The notes under the pieces: model-generated | Told to the model about the DNA's origin: nothing | What the model saw: only the letters and a program-made list of their open reading frames with translations | Databases searched by the model: none | Part shown: piece by piece, positions 1 through 14,065 of the stretch | Numbering within the stretch: the stretch's first letter is position 1 | How the letters are laid out: every line of letters starts with the position of its first letter | Source: Phoronis australis | Taxonomy: Eukaryota; Animalia; Phoronida | Assembly: GCA_002633005.1 (NCBI GenBank) | Contig: NMRA01000115.1 | Span: forward strand, 11,996 to 75,995 | DNA length: 64,000 bases | Direction of reading: 5' to 3' | Program-made: the position numbers and the translations under genes

Positions 1-63
<63 letters not shown>
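1..63. repeat. (TA)n microsatellite, truncated by the window edge
   Basis: Pure TA dinucleotide run from base 1. Confidence 0.99.
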
Positions 64-65
<2 letters not shown>

Positions 66-3000
66 AAGCAGAAAGTGTGAAAAATCTTACTTGACTTACA
101 GAAATTATTTACATTTGGGTTATGAAGTAGGAAGCGTGCTGAAATCCTGCTGCTGCATAGCTTCATATTTTTTGTTATCGTTCTTGTCAAATTCTAGTTT
201 AAGGAGGAAAGCTTTTATGGTAATCAGTCACCATGGTAGCAATTATGCATGTCTACTTTCATACATACCGTGAGATTGGTTCAGCCTGTATTGCTGAAAT
301 TTTCCTAATCACATTCTAAGTTACTTATTGTGGCGAAAAGGCGAATTATTTTTTTACTGAGATCACTTTGCTAGGTGGGCTAGGGGTAAGCCTTAGCTAC
401 GATGAAATTTTTAAACCCATGTGTCCAATATTTTCAAGAGATGTCATTTTATCTCTTATGTGAGTGTGACAACAAGTGACAAAATCTGATTTGGGTGGAA
501 TCGCCTAAACGATTAGCATCTTGTAAAATAACAGATCTCAGATTAAAGTGACTTTATACATTTTATGTAATGTTTATCAGGTAATAAGATGGATGTCACC
601 AGGGCACAGCATCACTTACCAGCTGGCGGGGGCACAGGTTACCATATGAACGGTTTCCAAAGTGTCAAAACTGACACTGGTGTGACAGCCCAGGTTAGAC
701 TCAGTCGAAAACATACATGTAAATAATATTAGTTTTTGGAAGTAAGAAGTGGAAAACAAAAACGAGGCTGTGCAGGACGAAAACGACGTTTTGATATTAA
801 ACAAAAGTCACCCTCAGGTGCAATAGGGACAGAAAACAAAATATAGTAACAGAGTGTATTAGATTTTAATCTAAAATTAACGTCGTTTTCAAACATGGTT
901 CACTGTTTTAGAAAGATGAATTAAAGAGGCCTGGAACGCCAAAAACTAAACTGCTTTATTCAAAGGGTTTTTGTACAGAATTCAGCCTACTCACCAGGTA
1001 TTTTTACGGTTTGTTCATAACGACTTAGTGAATTTCTTTTGATGTCAAAACATTTTCTATTTAGTTTTAAATTCCCAAAAAGACGATCTGTCAACTGCTC
1101 CTCACTTTGTCGTTTTTTCTCAGCAATTCAATGCACGGCTGCTTATTTGGTATGAAAAGTCAAACGTAGCACATCTCCCTGATATGGAAAATGTGACTTT
1201 TGACCTTTGATGTAAACAAAACACTGGCGACTTCAAGCAGCACCTAGTCCGACTAAAAGGCAACTGATGCAAAATCCTAATTGTTTAAATTTAGTAATGA
1301 AGGCATCGCAGTATTCTAATATATTCTAAAACTCTCTAGGAATAATTTTTTGGAAAATTGCTTGCTTCACTGGCTTGTCTCATACCGTGCTATACACCTC
1401 TGATTGTTTGTGAATGCGATAACCCATGAGAATCTGCCGTTAACATCCATCTTGTCAGCCAGAGGTTTGTCGAATGACTGTAAGTGCATGAGCACATTTA
1501 TAAGTGGGAGGGAAATTTGAAACTTTGTCGTGACAACAGAGTTTTTACTTCAAGCGTACTTCAAAGATGAATTTTGAGATTTTTTCCTAAAATTCCCTTA
1601 CAAAGGAATGTGAATAAATCTGTAGTAGACGTTTCGAGGTGATACTTTCCTTAGGAATTGTTTAAAAGATATTTTTGATGAGCTTTCGCGCTCCATGCCT
1701 CCAAGTTTGAAATACGTAAGAAGCTTCTCATTTCCATTTTTACTTAAAAACGAAAACGCAAAATCAGTTCTTAGAAATTTGTCTCAACGTTCCCTTTGCC
1801 ACCATAGCCGTATTAGCTTACATTAAAAAGGAGATTGAAAGTTCAGCTGCCATTGTCCTGAAGCAATTTTTTTCAAAATTAGATGGGTTGACCCAAATCC
1901 AGACTGGTGTCGTTGACACACCTGTCACCAGATGTGAATGGTGTGTTTGAGGAAGGAAATCGCATAGTCTGGCAAGGTTCAAAATATCTTTTGTGTCTGA
2001 GTAACTTGCTCCATAATTTACATTCTATCTATAAATTACGTAAACAGGAAATGCCCGTTTAAAAGGGGAATCTGTCTGACACAAAACGGTACACAGCATT
2101 TCGGACTAATCGTTACACAACTTTTATTCACTCTGAACGTTACTGTAAATAGTTTACAATCGAACGCTCGCCGTTTTTCTCTTGATTTATGTTCCAAACA
2201 ACGCTTGTCAGTCGTGACAGATATTGTAATCTATCATAGTTTCATTCTTTTGTTAGTTTTTCAAAAATGACGCAAAAATAATGACGTTTTATTCACGATG
2301 GCCTGTTTTTTTGTAATCCAGACGAACTCGACGGAGTGAATGAGTAAACAAACAACATGGCTTTCCAAAACTTTAACGCACGATTTGATTTGATTGACAA
2401 CAGGTTGCACCGAAAACAACTCGAGCGTGTTTACCACAACCGTTCAAATAGCAACGATTTCATCTAGAAAACAACAACTGTTTAAGTGAAATTAAACGAA
2501 TTTGAAATCTTTACATATTTCACAGCCCATATTTTTAAAACAGCATTTTTGGGAAATACGATTACACGTTTGAGAAAAAGATTGGAAGCACAAAAGTGCT
2601 TTAAATTAGTGACTTGAACAGCATAATTATATCTCTTCAAATGTCGTCATAGCAACGGCATTACGTCTAACAGGCAAAGATGACAGGTTTGAAAGATAGA
2701 CCTCGCCCATTGGGGTGTCACGAAAATGTGATATTAATGTCCGTGAGTGGCAGTGAAAGATGCACTATGATGATCAATTTCTCCCCAGTTGCTTTTCTAG
2801 TACTTTTAAGACTACCATGACAACCAGTTGTCCTGCCTTTCAAACTGAAGAAGCGTTCTCACTACTTGTGCAATTCTTTTCTCATATTTTTGATTTTTTC
2901 TGCCGCCCTGAGTTTTTTATTCGAACTCTTTTCTGTGTCAAACTCAGAGATCTATGTCTAAAATGAAAAACACACTAATAAAACGAATCTCTGAAAGTCA

Positions 3001-6000
3001 TTGTCCTCGAAAAAATAGCGTTGTTCAAAGAGGAGTAGTTTTCTTTATTAGAAAACAACTGAGTTCCAAACAAAATAATACTGCGTGCGCTCACATGTGG
3101 TTTTTATGATACAGCAGGTCAGCCGTTAAATGAGAGTTCATGATGGGTTAATATCACACTAAAGTTACGATTAATTAGCATAACATTAGTGTGCAAAATG
3201 CTAATTAGAGCATGAAAACAAGCTATATGTGAATGCGGCATATCTGCCTTCTGCTTTGAGGGGCGGACGGTAATAAGGCAATTCAGAAGCCTGACCACCG
3301 TTCACAGGTGAAACATTCTCAGGTGAAAGATCAGATGTCCGGTTTGCATTCTGACTGCAGGCCCTGTGTACATGCCAGCATGGTGCGTAAATTCAGCCAG
3401 TGAGAATAGAATTGCGTTCGTAATAAAATAACACCGTTGGTAAGAATGCCATTGCGGTACGTGAGGAAAGAAGATTGATTGTAATAGTGTACACTGTAAA
3501 AACAACATCGACGAGTTCATCACTGCACGTCACAATGGTTGCATTTGGGCGAGTTTGGAGTCTGATAACCTGTCCGTCCATGTTTTACTTGTTGACAACC
3601 AAGTAACCATAACTATATAATTTGTCGCAAGTTGGACACACGTTTTGAAACCTAAACTTCATTGGATGAGAAATACCAAGTTATGCTTTCATTATAATAA
3701 TACACCGAGAAACAGGTGCACCAGTGGTTGGCTTTAGTAGTGCGATCCTTGTAAGCACACAACATTGAAGATATCCGACATCCTTGTATTAGAGCGAGAT
3801 GAACAATACTATGGCAGAGGTGCGTTTTTTGACGCATCCACAAATTCTTAGAGGATTAATTATAGACAAGGTTGCACGACGCATCCATTTAACAATGAAA
3901 ATTGTACGTCAATACATTCTGAAGGAAAAGAATTCTTTATCCTTGGTTACTTGAAACTATAAACCTTGTAAAGATGACGTTTACCTCTAGTCTCTATTTC
4001 GTCACCCTGATTATGTTGCGCTGTGCTGCATATACAAGCGAAGATTATCACAGTCAAAAAATATGTCTTCATTCTTACTGTTGTCTGAAAATACACATGA
4101 AGATCAAGATACAAGTTTAAAATAAATGGTTTTGCCTACCATGTAGACTGGGCACTCAGGAAAAATCAACGGTATTGTCTGTCGAGCTATTATATCGTAA
4201 ATTCTAAAATATAATATAATGTTTTGAACTCATACAAATGAATATTCTAACATTGGATGAAATTTAAAATAGGACTTGTGCAATCATTTGACGACTTCAC
4301 AAAGTAAGATTAGTGTAATTCGCCGTTTGTACATTATTAAACTTCGCAAACACTCAAATCTTTGGTTTTAGTACATGACTACAATGAATAGCATACGCAT
4401 AAGAGTATACATGTAATCAAGTACACCGAGAGATTTCTTTCCTTTTATTAAAGTTACAGTGTAGTTTCATGCTCAAGCTTAGCTCAATTTCAAAATGATT
4501 TACCTGTATCGTTACTTTTTCTGACCTGCTCGGTAAACCGGTCCTGTGTTGAAATATAAATCGCTTTTGTGCTTGTGCGTGTATAACCTTTGACACCGCG
4601 GGCATTAATTATGGTTATGAACGTACAGGTGTAGTTGCAACATTAGTTCGTCGAGTCCTTTTTCTGTTGGTGAACTGAAAAATCGTGGAACCGTCCGTGA
4701 TAAAGACTGCGTTGTACCTGAACTGAGAAGTCGCACATCCTGCCGCCAGAAATACTCCAGTGTCTACTTCAAAAACTGCTGTGGTTGGTACTGCTCAGTT
4801 CAGACAAAAAATCTAGTGCCCAATTTCACATTGTACTACCTCACAGAGAAGTTATTGCAAGACTTATTTCATAAGTATCTTATTCATGGATTTGAGCCAG
4901 GTTTAATGCGTCATTGTTTGCCAGCTGTACTTTTAAGGGGTATGCATAAAGTACGTTGTAAATGTCCTATCAGAATGACAAGGTCGTATCACATCTGTGA
5001 CCAGACGCTTTACAAGTCAGAAAAATGTCACGTTCTGAAGGAAATTTGAGTCGGGGATCCCCTTCATTCTGTGCCAGTCCATTAGTTTAATGATTCCTTG
5101 CATCCACCAAGCAAAGACAGAAAACCAAACATGAGCATGTAGTCAAATAAGAGTATGAGTCGGTTTGAACACCTGGTGGGATATACATCTTTTTGGTTTT
5201 ATCATTTCGTCGTGTGATACAACCATACAACTCTGATGCGATACTTGCTTTATGCATACATAGTTCGGGAGGTGTCGATAAACTTTTATACTACACTATT
5301 AGACCAAAAAAGCAGTTGATTCTGGTATGTATCTTTTTTGTAAAAATCGAGTTCGTGATGCAGTAATGTTTAGTTCTTAACTTTTTCAAATAAAAGAAAA
5401 TACACCAGAGACGAGCATTAATGATGCGGAATTTTGTTTAATGTTTTACTCGTCGCTTGTCATATCATGGCGTTTTAAACCTCGCTTTCCCTTGCACACG
5501 TGCCCGGTTGTCTTTTGGTCAACTTTTCAAAACACACACAAGACCTTGACTAAAAATCATGAGGGCTGGCCTTGGATTGTTACGTCAAGCAGTTAGCAAA
5601 ATCCTGCTGCCGCTTATGTTTAGAACCAACTTCAGCCGATTTCATGAAAGTGGTTTAACAAAACCAGAATTAAAACTTAAAATTGGTCTTCCTAAACCTG
5701 GGCTAATTTTAGACCTAACTTGCAATTCATCAGCGAGTTTAAAAGTCTGAAAACCTGGTTTAGACCACGGGCCCGGTTTAGTAAAACCAGTCTTCCGTTC
5801 AGTAACGCTAGGACCTCGCTGAAAAGCAAGACTTCGCCAGATTATACGTGAGAAATTGCCGAGTATTTTAAATGAGAACACGTGACTTTGACTAGGTTTT
5901 AGCTAGATCCTAGCGTAGGTCCTAGCGTCTACTGAACTCACGCCCTGGGCCCGGTCTCCAATCTCCGTACTCAGACTCATACTCATACTCGAGATTTCAT

Positions 6001-6400
6001 ACTCAAAATCGTGCTCACTGNCTCGAAAGACCAGCCATTTAACTCGTAATGTATATACCGCTTTGTTTATCGCCTTGAGCCCCACTTGGGATTTTTTTAA
6101 CAGCAACCGCGATCTAATCAATGGTTTTTAATGTCCGCTCCGTGGATTAGAAGTATACGGACCAAACCATTGATTAGATCGCGGTTGCTGTTTGTAAGGC
6201 CATCGTTCATGGGACAAATCGTTCACTGAGTCACGCACACATATTCGTGCGTCGACAGAAATCAACCCCGCTCTGTTGTATGTGAACTTGGAAACTTGAG
6301 TGAACTCGGAATAAATTTCTATTCCGTACAGCAGATCCACCTCAGCCACAATGTTTAGTGGGATAGCTCGCTCGTGGAAGTTTGATGGCAATGGGATAGG

Positions 6401-6555
6401 CAGTGGCCGATTTAGAGGTGGGGCCAAGCGGGCCATGGCCTCCCCCTAAAATTCTACCAGATTACATTTGGCAGTTCGGGGGTGCGAATGTCTGACTGTC
6501 AAATCCTGGCTAATACTCTGCCCTGCCCCCCCCCAAAATCCTGGATCCGCCCCTG
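6401..6555 (+). mobile_element. GC-rich ~155-bp MITE (CAGKGGCGGAT... termini), multicopy family
   Basis: Ends CAGTGGCCGATTTAG ... CTGGATCCGCCCCTG; ATAGG on both sides (5-bp TSD). The same body recurs at ~34181-34338, ~46577-46730, ~62780-62931 and partially at ~18419 and ~40800. Confidence 0.8.
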
Positions 6556-7421
6556 ATAGGTGATTACACTGGTTCCAGTTTAGGACTCATTACATAGAAA
6601 TTCAGAAATAAACTCATTCCTTCACAAAATATAATTTAGTGAAACTATTACGTGAATGTGTATCTTCGTAAACAAGAAATATTGGAACCTATTTCTATGA
6701 TTGTTATGTTGCTAAAGAAAACAGACTTTGATATAAAACAATATTCCCCATAAAGTTACTGTTGGTACATCTGTATTGAAAAGCGAGGCACACGGATAAA
6801 AAGCAGGACATCGGAGTGAAATGGTGAGATGTTCGCCGTAACACACAAAAACGTCCAGACAGCGTTTTGTGGAGCGGGAGATTACACGTGCCGTAACAAC
6901 TAAGGTGCACGGCGGCGAAATTGTTGGTGCTGTAAAAAAACATGAATATCCCTTTTTTAATTTTCGTCGAATGGGAAGATAGCCCTACATGTATGTCGCG
7001 AGGGAAGTCATATTGGTATATGATAACGTGCCAATTTCACCAGGTGTCAAAATGTGGGATATTTTTATGGTGTAATCATAATTGCGATATATTCGAGCGA
7101 AATATCCTAGTGGAGGCGNCCCCCCCCCCCCCCTCTAAACATAGCAAACTCAGCTTCCGGTTAGGGTATTGTAACGGGAAATTCTTGCGTCTGCTTCACT
7201 GTCCAGTATAGCAGATGACCTACTTGCCGGCAGAAAAGCATGCTTTGTCTGCCAGCTGTCGCTAGTGCATAACGACGTCACAGCTTATGCATAAGATTAC
7301 AGATTTCGTCCATTGAAAATATACGGAGTTGGCGGTCCATATACAATAGTCTATGGTGTAAATTGGATGGCGGGGAGATTTTAATAAGTCAGACAGTTCG
7401 CCAAGAGCGGAAAGTTGGCTG

Positions 7422-7833
7422 GTACCGGGATTTTCCGTAGATAAGTCTGCCGATGAAACGCCCATGGGCGTTTATTCGAAAACTTATGCCGAATACACGC
7501 CCATGAGCGTTTATTTGGTGTTACGACTGATGGTGTCAAGTGTCCAGACATTGGGGCGTTTATTTGTAAAGTTTCCTCTTAAAAGCTCACTCAGTGTCAA
7601 TTTTTGTCACAAATTCAGTTTTGTGGAACATTTATCATTTATAAAAACGAACAAGGTGTTGGTGTACTATGCATTCAGTAACATAAAATTTAAAAACACA
7701 CTTTTAAGTAAAAGGGTGTCAAAGTCAGCAAAACTATGACTTTCCGCCGGGGCGTTTATTTAGTGTTGCTAAAACCCTGAAATTTTTCATTTGCCGAATA
7801 CAAGCCCATGGGCTTATCTACTTAAATTCCCGG
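7422..7833. mobile_element. Non-autonomous TIR element (possibly Tc1/mariner-like MITE)
   Basis: Imperfect inverted ends TACCGGGATTTTCCGTAGATAAG / CTTATCTACTTAAATTCCCGG; internal repeats of GCCGAATACACGCCCATG and GGGCGTTTATT. Confidence 0.55.
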
Positions 7834-8200
7834 ATCGCTCCCAGTCACACAAAGTACTGGATTCCTTCAAAAGACAAAACGTGATTTTGTATTTTATTCC
7901 ACGACTACAGGCACACATTATGCATAACGTTACTGCTCAGAAACTGAATTTAACATGATGGGCAACATCTAAACCTGTCACGAATGAATTATTACAGAAA
8001 TAACATGCATACACACACAAGCACCTGAACTCTCTTAGCTAAACAAATAAAGAACCGTGTAGTGTTTCGTAAGTTACATGAAGTATAAATCGGTTAGTTA
8101 TATTTTTTATTCATAATTGCCGAACAACACCAATTTTGCTTATATCCGTAAAATATCCCCACAATTGTGTCTTTTTGAAAAACCCTAACATGTAGTTTAA

Positions 8201-9167
8201 ACAGTACACACCATGGATTTTTGCACATTTCGAATTACCGGTGGCCACAGACTAAATGTATGACATAAAATTAAGCCAAATCCATGATTATTTTGTGTCA
8301 TTAGCTCGAAATTTTGATTTCTCTTTCAATTTTGCCAATTTTCACATTTCCCGCCATGTGACATCATGGGTTGAACACAAGAGATCAGCGACTAGCATTG
8401 AACAACGGCGGAGAGTAGGGAATTTGAAAGCGACAACGATTATGAGCAAGAAATGAACAAATACTATGAAGAAACGTACGAGAATGGTGGCCAGGATGAC
8501 GAAATGGGGTTGCACGAAAGCGAGAACGAGTTTGATATGTTTTCAGCTGCGTACTTTTATACTTTGAGGCCTTACGAACTGGATCCTCCCGCGAGAGAAG
8601 CGGCCTCGGGCTCGGCCAGTCAACCCAGTCATCCAACAGACGATCCTGAATAAAGAGCCGATGTTTCTGAATAGTAAATATTGTCCTTTATTGAACCAGG
8701 CCTTCATCGTAACATCTCCTCTGATTGGAGTCGAAACACGACTACTCAAAGTGGGCAGAACACAGAGTGGCCCCGGACAGAATCGCTTGGTCCACGCTGA
8801 GGTTCCACACTCTCGTTCGGCGCACGAAGCGATGCCACTATACTGCGCAACTTTGGCGTCCTTAGGAACACCGAGACGTTCTCCGTCTGACTGCTGTTGC
8901 TGCAGCCTCCGCAAACACATCTTTTCATCCCTCTACGAACCTTCTCGACGCTAAATATACTTTACTTTCACTTTACTCTATACACTTAGTTGCTGATCGG
9001 AACAGTGTGCCGAACGACTTGGGTTCAACCCATGACGTTGTACATAATTATTATTTTTTTTCAATTTTTACGTGTTTCTTTATGAGCTGTTCACTAAAGG
9101 CACTGAAATCAAGTAAGATATAATAATAAAATTTATTTTGAGGTACTGGAGTCATGTTGCGTACACT
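8201..9167. mobile_element. Internally deleted Kolobok-type DNA transposon, family B (KolX-like 5' fragment on +, THAP 5' fragment on -)
   Basis: TTAA at 8197-8200 and 9168-9171; short imperfect TIRs (ACAGTACACACCATG vs AGTGTACGCAACATG, 11/15). Minus strand from 8928: MKRCVCGGCSN..., then after frameshifts PKDAKVAQ and WHRFVRRTR...LCSAHFE*SCF (C2CH THAP). Plus strand from 8453: acidic N-terminus with RPYELDP, like the KolX-like ORF at 16077. Confidence 0.7.
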
Positions 9168-10860
9168 TTAATAGGTTGTAGAATTTGGATAAAGCATCGA
9201 TACGTGTAAATTACATCAACGTTTGCAAGACAACATTTTAACAATTAAAAGTGACATAATGAAAGTGAAGCAATGGAATTAGGTGTAATTTTATAACTAA
9301 AACATTCGATCAAAACTCTCTCGAATCGACAACCAGAAATTCATCCCGTCAAATTCAGGGGTAGCAAACTCTAAGACAAGAATACATGGGTCAGGCGCTG
9401 GATTTAAAATTCTGGCACACGCAGTTCTGTGGTATGTAATACATGTACCTGGGAGAACAGGTACACTCCCATTTCGAGCCTGAGGCTTGATCAGTGGAAG
9501 TCAACGTGGGCTTCATCATGAAATCGTTTGATAACCTATGTTTTAAATCATTCCCTGATGCCTTCAAAAATCAGGAGATACTTGTATGGCACGATGCGTT
9601 CTGTCAGAAACACGTGTTATCTACACGTGTACTGTCTTTGCGTGATGTTTTGTACAGCATCGGTTTTCAAAGAACTTTGTTATGTTCAACCTTCTCAGTT
9701 CGTTCGAAGCATACTATACATAATTCTCCACTGTTGTGTTCAAATGATCTTCGTATGAAGTAGCCTTCCCAGATTAAAAGAATCTGTTTTAAATGGGCCT
9801 AACAATGCACCGACTCCGGCGTTTGATTCCACTTCACTCATAAAATCCTCGACGACTAACTACCTTGTTTTCAAAAGGGCTCATATACGTAAAAATTGGT
9901 TTAGTACAGTACGAGTAATGAAGATGACGTTATCTAGGAAAATGTTTTGCTGACGCGGTGGTTCGAGCTAAGTTTGATAAGTTTGAAAATTTGAAAGTGG
10001 ATGAGATGTTTATTATAAGATAAACTAATAAATACAAAACTAAATGTATAATAGGTATGCAAAACTATTCATGTAACAAAAAGGTGGGTGACAAAAAACC
10101 GCCATCAACATGCACGGAATGGAGATCCTAAAATTGCCATGGAGAGATGGAGTAATCCTTTCTTAGTATAAAATATTATGAAACGGTAGGGTATGAGGCG
10201 GGAAAACAAGTTTTGAAAATTGATCAGAAACACGAATTGATCGTCTGATTGCAGACGAGCTAGTGGAGTTCAGTGTATCCTCCGGATGGAACAGAGAACC
10301 ATTGCGTAAAAATAAGCGGTGAAGAAATAGATCACAGTGACGATATACATAGAGACAAACAACAATAGAACTATGGACGGAGGAAAATATTCCCTGATAA
10401 ATGCATATAATTGAAATTATTTTTTCAATATCTAGGACAATATTTTGACGATGCAGCGGTTCGAGCTAAGTTTGATGAGTTGGGAAAATAGAATGGGGTT
10501 GAGATGTTAATTATAAAATGTACAAAATTATAGCCATACAGGTATATAAAGCTATTTTTTCGTAACATAAAGATGGGCCACAATAAACCGCCAAATGTTG
10601 ACAGCACCGTCCATCCGAAGAAACGCGACATTAGCACTACAGAAAATGTTAGCAAGGAACCACATTTTACCTAGTATAATTCACATCTCATTCATTTTCA
10701 GAAAAAAGGTACTTTTGATGAAACAACGTTGGATATATTGGTATATTCGGATATTTACTGGTGAGTTCTTATATCACCTGACCTTCTAAATTCCTTAGAT
10801 CCCTGTACCTTATTTTGGCTCATCTATGCCCATCATCTAACAGCGGTAACGATTCGCTTT

Positions 10861-11797
10861 TACCCCCGTCACACCAGAGGCGCGGTGCCATTACTATCAT
10901 CACCGTAGTGACACTTCCAGTAGTGTTTCATAGTTTTCCCCTACCCGTCACAAATATGTTTTTCTTCGCGCCACGGGATCGCCGTTATACCCCCGTTACA
11001 CCGGAGGTGCAGTACCTCTGCGGTGCTTGTATGGCATAAACCGCAGTGGAAGCGCCATGATCGCCGTGGTTCTTCAGTGGTTTCACCACTCATCGCCGTA
11101 GCACCGCGGAAAACTGTCAAATCTGAGGACCTTTTGGGATGGCACGACAGATACTTTGAACATGTTCAAAACCTCCGCAGTGCCACCGCCGGTTGGGCCA
11201 ATCCGAAGTGGGATCGCGGTGACACCGTCATGATAGTCGTGTCACCGTACAAGTGTCGCAGCAGCACCTCCATCATCGCCGTGCTTCCTCAGTACAACCG
11301 CCGTGCAATCGCGCAAAACGTGGACTGGCAACCCTCCGGCGATCCCGTGGCGAACACATGTGTGACAGGTAGGAGAAAACTATGAAACACTACTGGCGGC
11401 GTCACTAAGGTCATGGTGGTTTTGACCAGAAACCGTAGTGGCACCGTTCCTCTGATGTGACGGGGGTATGAGGTCATCAGTCTAAGTTTTCGGCGATTGC
11501 ACGGCGGTTGTACTGCGGAAGCACGGCGATTATGGAGGTGTTACGGTGGTCATGACGGTGTCGCAGCGATCCCACTGTGGATTGCTCCAATCCGCGGTAG
11601 CATTGCGGAAGTTTTGAGCATGTTCTAAGTTTCCACCGTGCCACCGCGAAGGTCCAAGGTTTTGACAGTTTTCCGCGGTGCTTCGGCGATCAATGTCGAA
11701 ACCGCTGCGGAACCACGGCGATCATGGCGGTGACCCTGCAGTTTGTCGTACAACTTGAGCACTGCAGTGGCACCGCACCTCCGGTGTAACGGGGTTA
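10861..11797. mobile_element. Composite of two interleaved inverted-repeat elements with TA-CCCCCGT(C/T)ACAC termini (possibly PIF/Harbinger MITEs)
   Basis: Arm A ~10861-10984 pairs with ~11337-11468; arm B ~10988-11327 pairs with ~11479-11797. Confidence 0.7.
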
Positions 11798-13073
11798 TAT
11801 GCAGTCGAGCGGATTTCTACCTGTACCGGCTTGCCTTCAAACAGTTACATGCATTTACAAACAGTTTGCGTGTCTGAATGCAGGTCTCGGGTGACTTTCC
11901 CATGGCTCTGGATTCCCTCGTAAATGGTAGGCCTGTCTCAAGTAGGCCTGCGCAGTACGTTAACTCGGAGGTTCAAGCTCTACCTTCGAGTTTTTAAATT
12001 CACTCACTCATAGTTCAGTGATTGGGTTATTATTGTATGCAACAGTTTAAAATGGCCTGCTAATACAATAATTGTCGTCCAACTTGAATGATAAAAACAT
12101 GATTTAACTGAAACCGTATGCAGTAATCTCTACCGTATGTCATATTTTAAAGTTGTTCTTTCCCTCAGTTGCGTTTGTCTCGCCTTAAGCGTAAGTCACG
12201 CTCGCCTGTTAAGCAGTGGATATTAACCGAACCTTAAATTATTTCAGAGAAGATGATGAGAAAGTCGTATTTAGTATCTGTATATCGGCCAAAAGAGGGT
12301 TTGGAATCCTTTGATTCTCTTATTAAAACATTATATTAGGCCCACCCGTTATAAGATGAACCAAGGAGTACTACAATGGCAAGTCAATGACAAATGAGTC
12401 TTTTAAAGACGATATAGATACTAAATTGGTGTGTGTGTGTATATAATGACTTCTTAAATCGCACGGTCACGTGACCACGAGAATGAAGTGATATCCTGAA
12501 TAACCGAAACAGATTTGCGTCTCGTTTCAGAAGTTACATTCTTTATGTGTTGATATTTGCTCGTTACCTGGATATTTCGTGATAGAGACAATATTTTAGG
12601 GGAGAACATTACTTTGCTTTTAAACTATTTAGATCACTTACCGCTGTAAAGTGCACATCAAATTGTGGAATTTGAGGTCACCGTGATTTTTAGGGGTGAT
12701 GAACTAGCCATTCATTTTATTCGAGACCAGGTTCTGCAAGTTCACTGTCCCAGGGGTCATTTTATGCACCGGTCATGGTATCCAGCAATAACGTACCAGC
12801 AACCACTTTGTTACTATCTTCGACACCTTGATATTGTTGCCATTCATAAACGTTGATATGACACCGGCACATATGAACCTATATGGTGGAGGGGAAACAA
12901 CCTGGTGAAAACAGTGTTCTAAAGGAAAATACTCAATAGGGAATCCTAAACCGTTATTCAACCGACGGAGTCAGTCCTGTGCGGTGGCACTTTAAAGAGT
13001 CACTGCGGAGAGACCAACGTAAGTTTTATCTTGGGCAACTCGTTCTTCTTAACGTGCAAATTACTCTCTGGAC

Positions 13074-14065
13074 TTACTGGGACGACGACACTGTGTTGGT
13101 ATGTCTTCGGAGAATCTTACGCAACACCATCTTGACAGAATGTCGTATCTCAGGGTAGGAATAGGTGTATATAAGTGGATTAAAAGCCGAATTGAGGTAC
13201 AGTTGTAGGTGATGTTCACGAACACGTAATCAATGTACTGAACAGTTGGTGTATAGTTCTGTGTTATAGGCAACGCTTTGAACACTGCGGAAGGCATCAT
13301 GCACGCAGTGAACGTACCTAGAATCAAGAAGGTACCCTTTGCAATTTTGATTTTTTTCAATACTGCATTGTTGGCCGGAGCTACTTGATTTCGAGATCGG
13401 CATGCCTTGTAAGCGACGAATCCATGACAAACATAACTGACACACAATGTCAGTACACCAAAAATAATGGAAATAACTAGTCTCATGTTTTTAGGCACGA
13501 GGTTGTAGGTACAGATTTCCAAGTAGGGGTTGAACGGCGAGTCGGTGATTACCGGGATCATGCAAGACGCACCAAGAACAATGACGCACGTAAGGCAACC
13601 GAGTATCACGGACACTGCGTTTCTTTCAGGGCTTGAAGTTGTATGGTGAAAAAACGGAAACGCTATGCTGATGAGACGGTCCAGAGAGATAAGCATGATG
13701 AAGACGTATGAGCACAGTAGTGGCAAAAGGGTGACAAAGACCAGAAACATGCAACCTGATATAGTCGAGTCCAACCCACTTGGCGTTCCACTGTCTGCCC
13801 ACAACACTTTAACAACCACCTTACGCCAGATGTCCATGGGTATGGCCACCACGCCGACCATAAAGTCAGTTACAGCAAGGCCAACTGTGAAAACATTATA
13901 AGACTTTTTCCAGAGTTTATACTTGAAAATGCAGTAAATCGTCAATCCATTGCTGAATGATATGTAAAAAATCCAAAGCACTTGCATTGTTACAGCAGGT
14001 GCCTGTAGATACACGGAAATTTGATTGCCAAGGAACCAAATACTTGAATTGTGTGACGAATTCAT
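13074..14065 (-). CDS. Intronless rhodopsin-like (class A) GPCR, orphan, with a frameshift (one base missing) in TM7
   Basis: N-terminal NSS sequons; TM1 SNGLTI; TM2 LAVTDFMVG..IP; TM3 ISLDRLISI (DRY-like); TM6 FTACMMP. TM7 and helix 8 (YLNSAFNPLIYTYSYPEIRHSVKMVLRKILRR...*) lie in another frame from ~13199, stop at 13074-13076. Confidence 0.9.

Noticed and set aside
91-5050. Short ORFs in the first 5 kb
   Set aside because: No recognisable motifs or exon chain; consistent with random ORFs in intergenic DNA.
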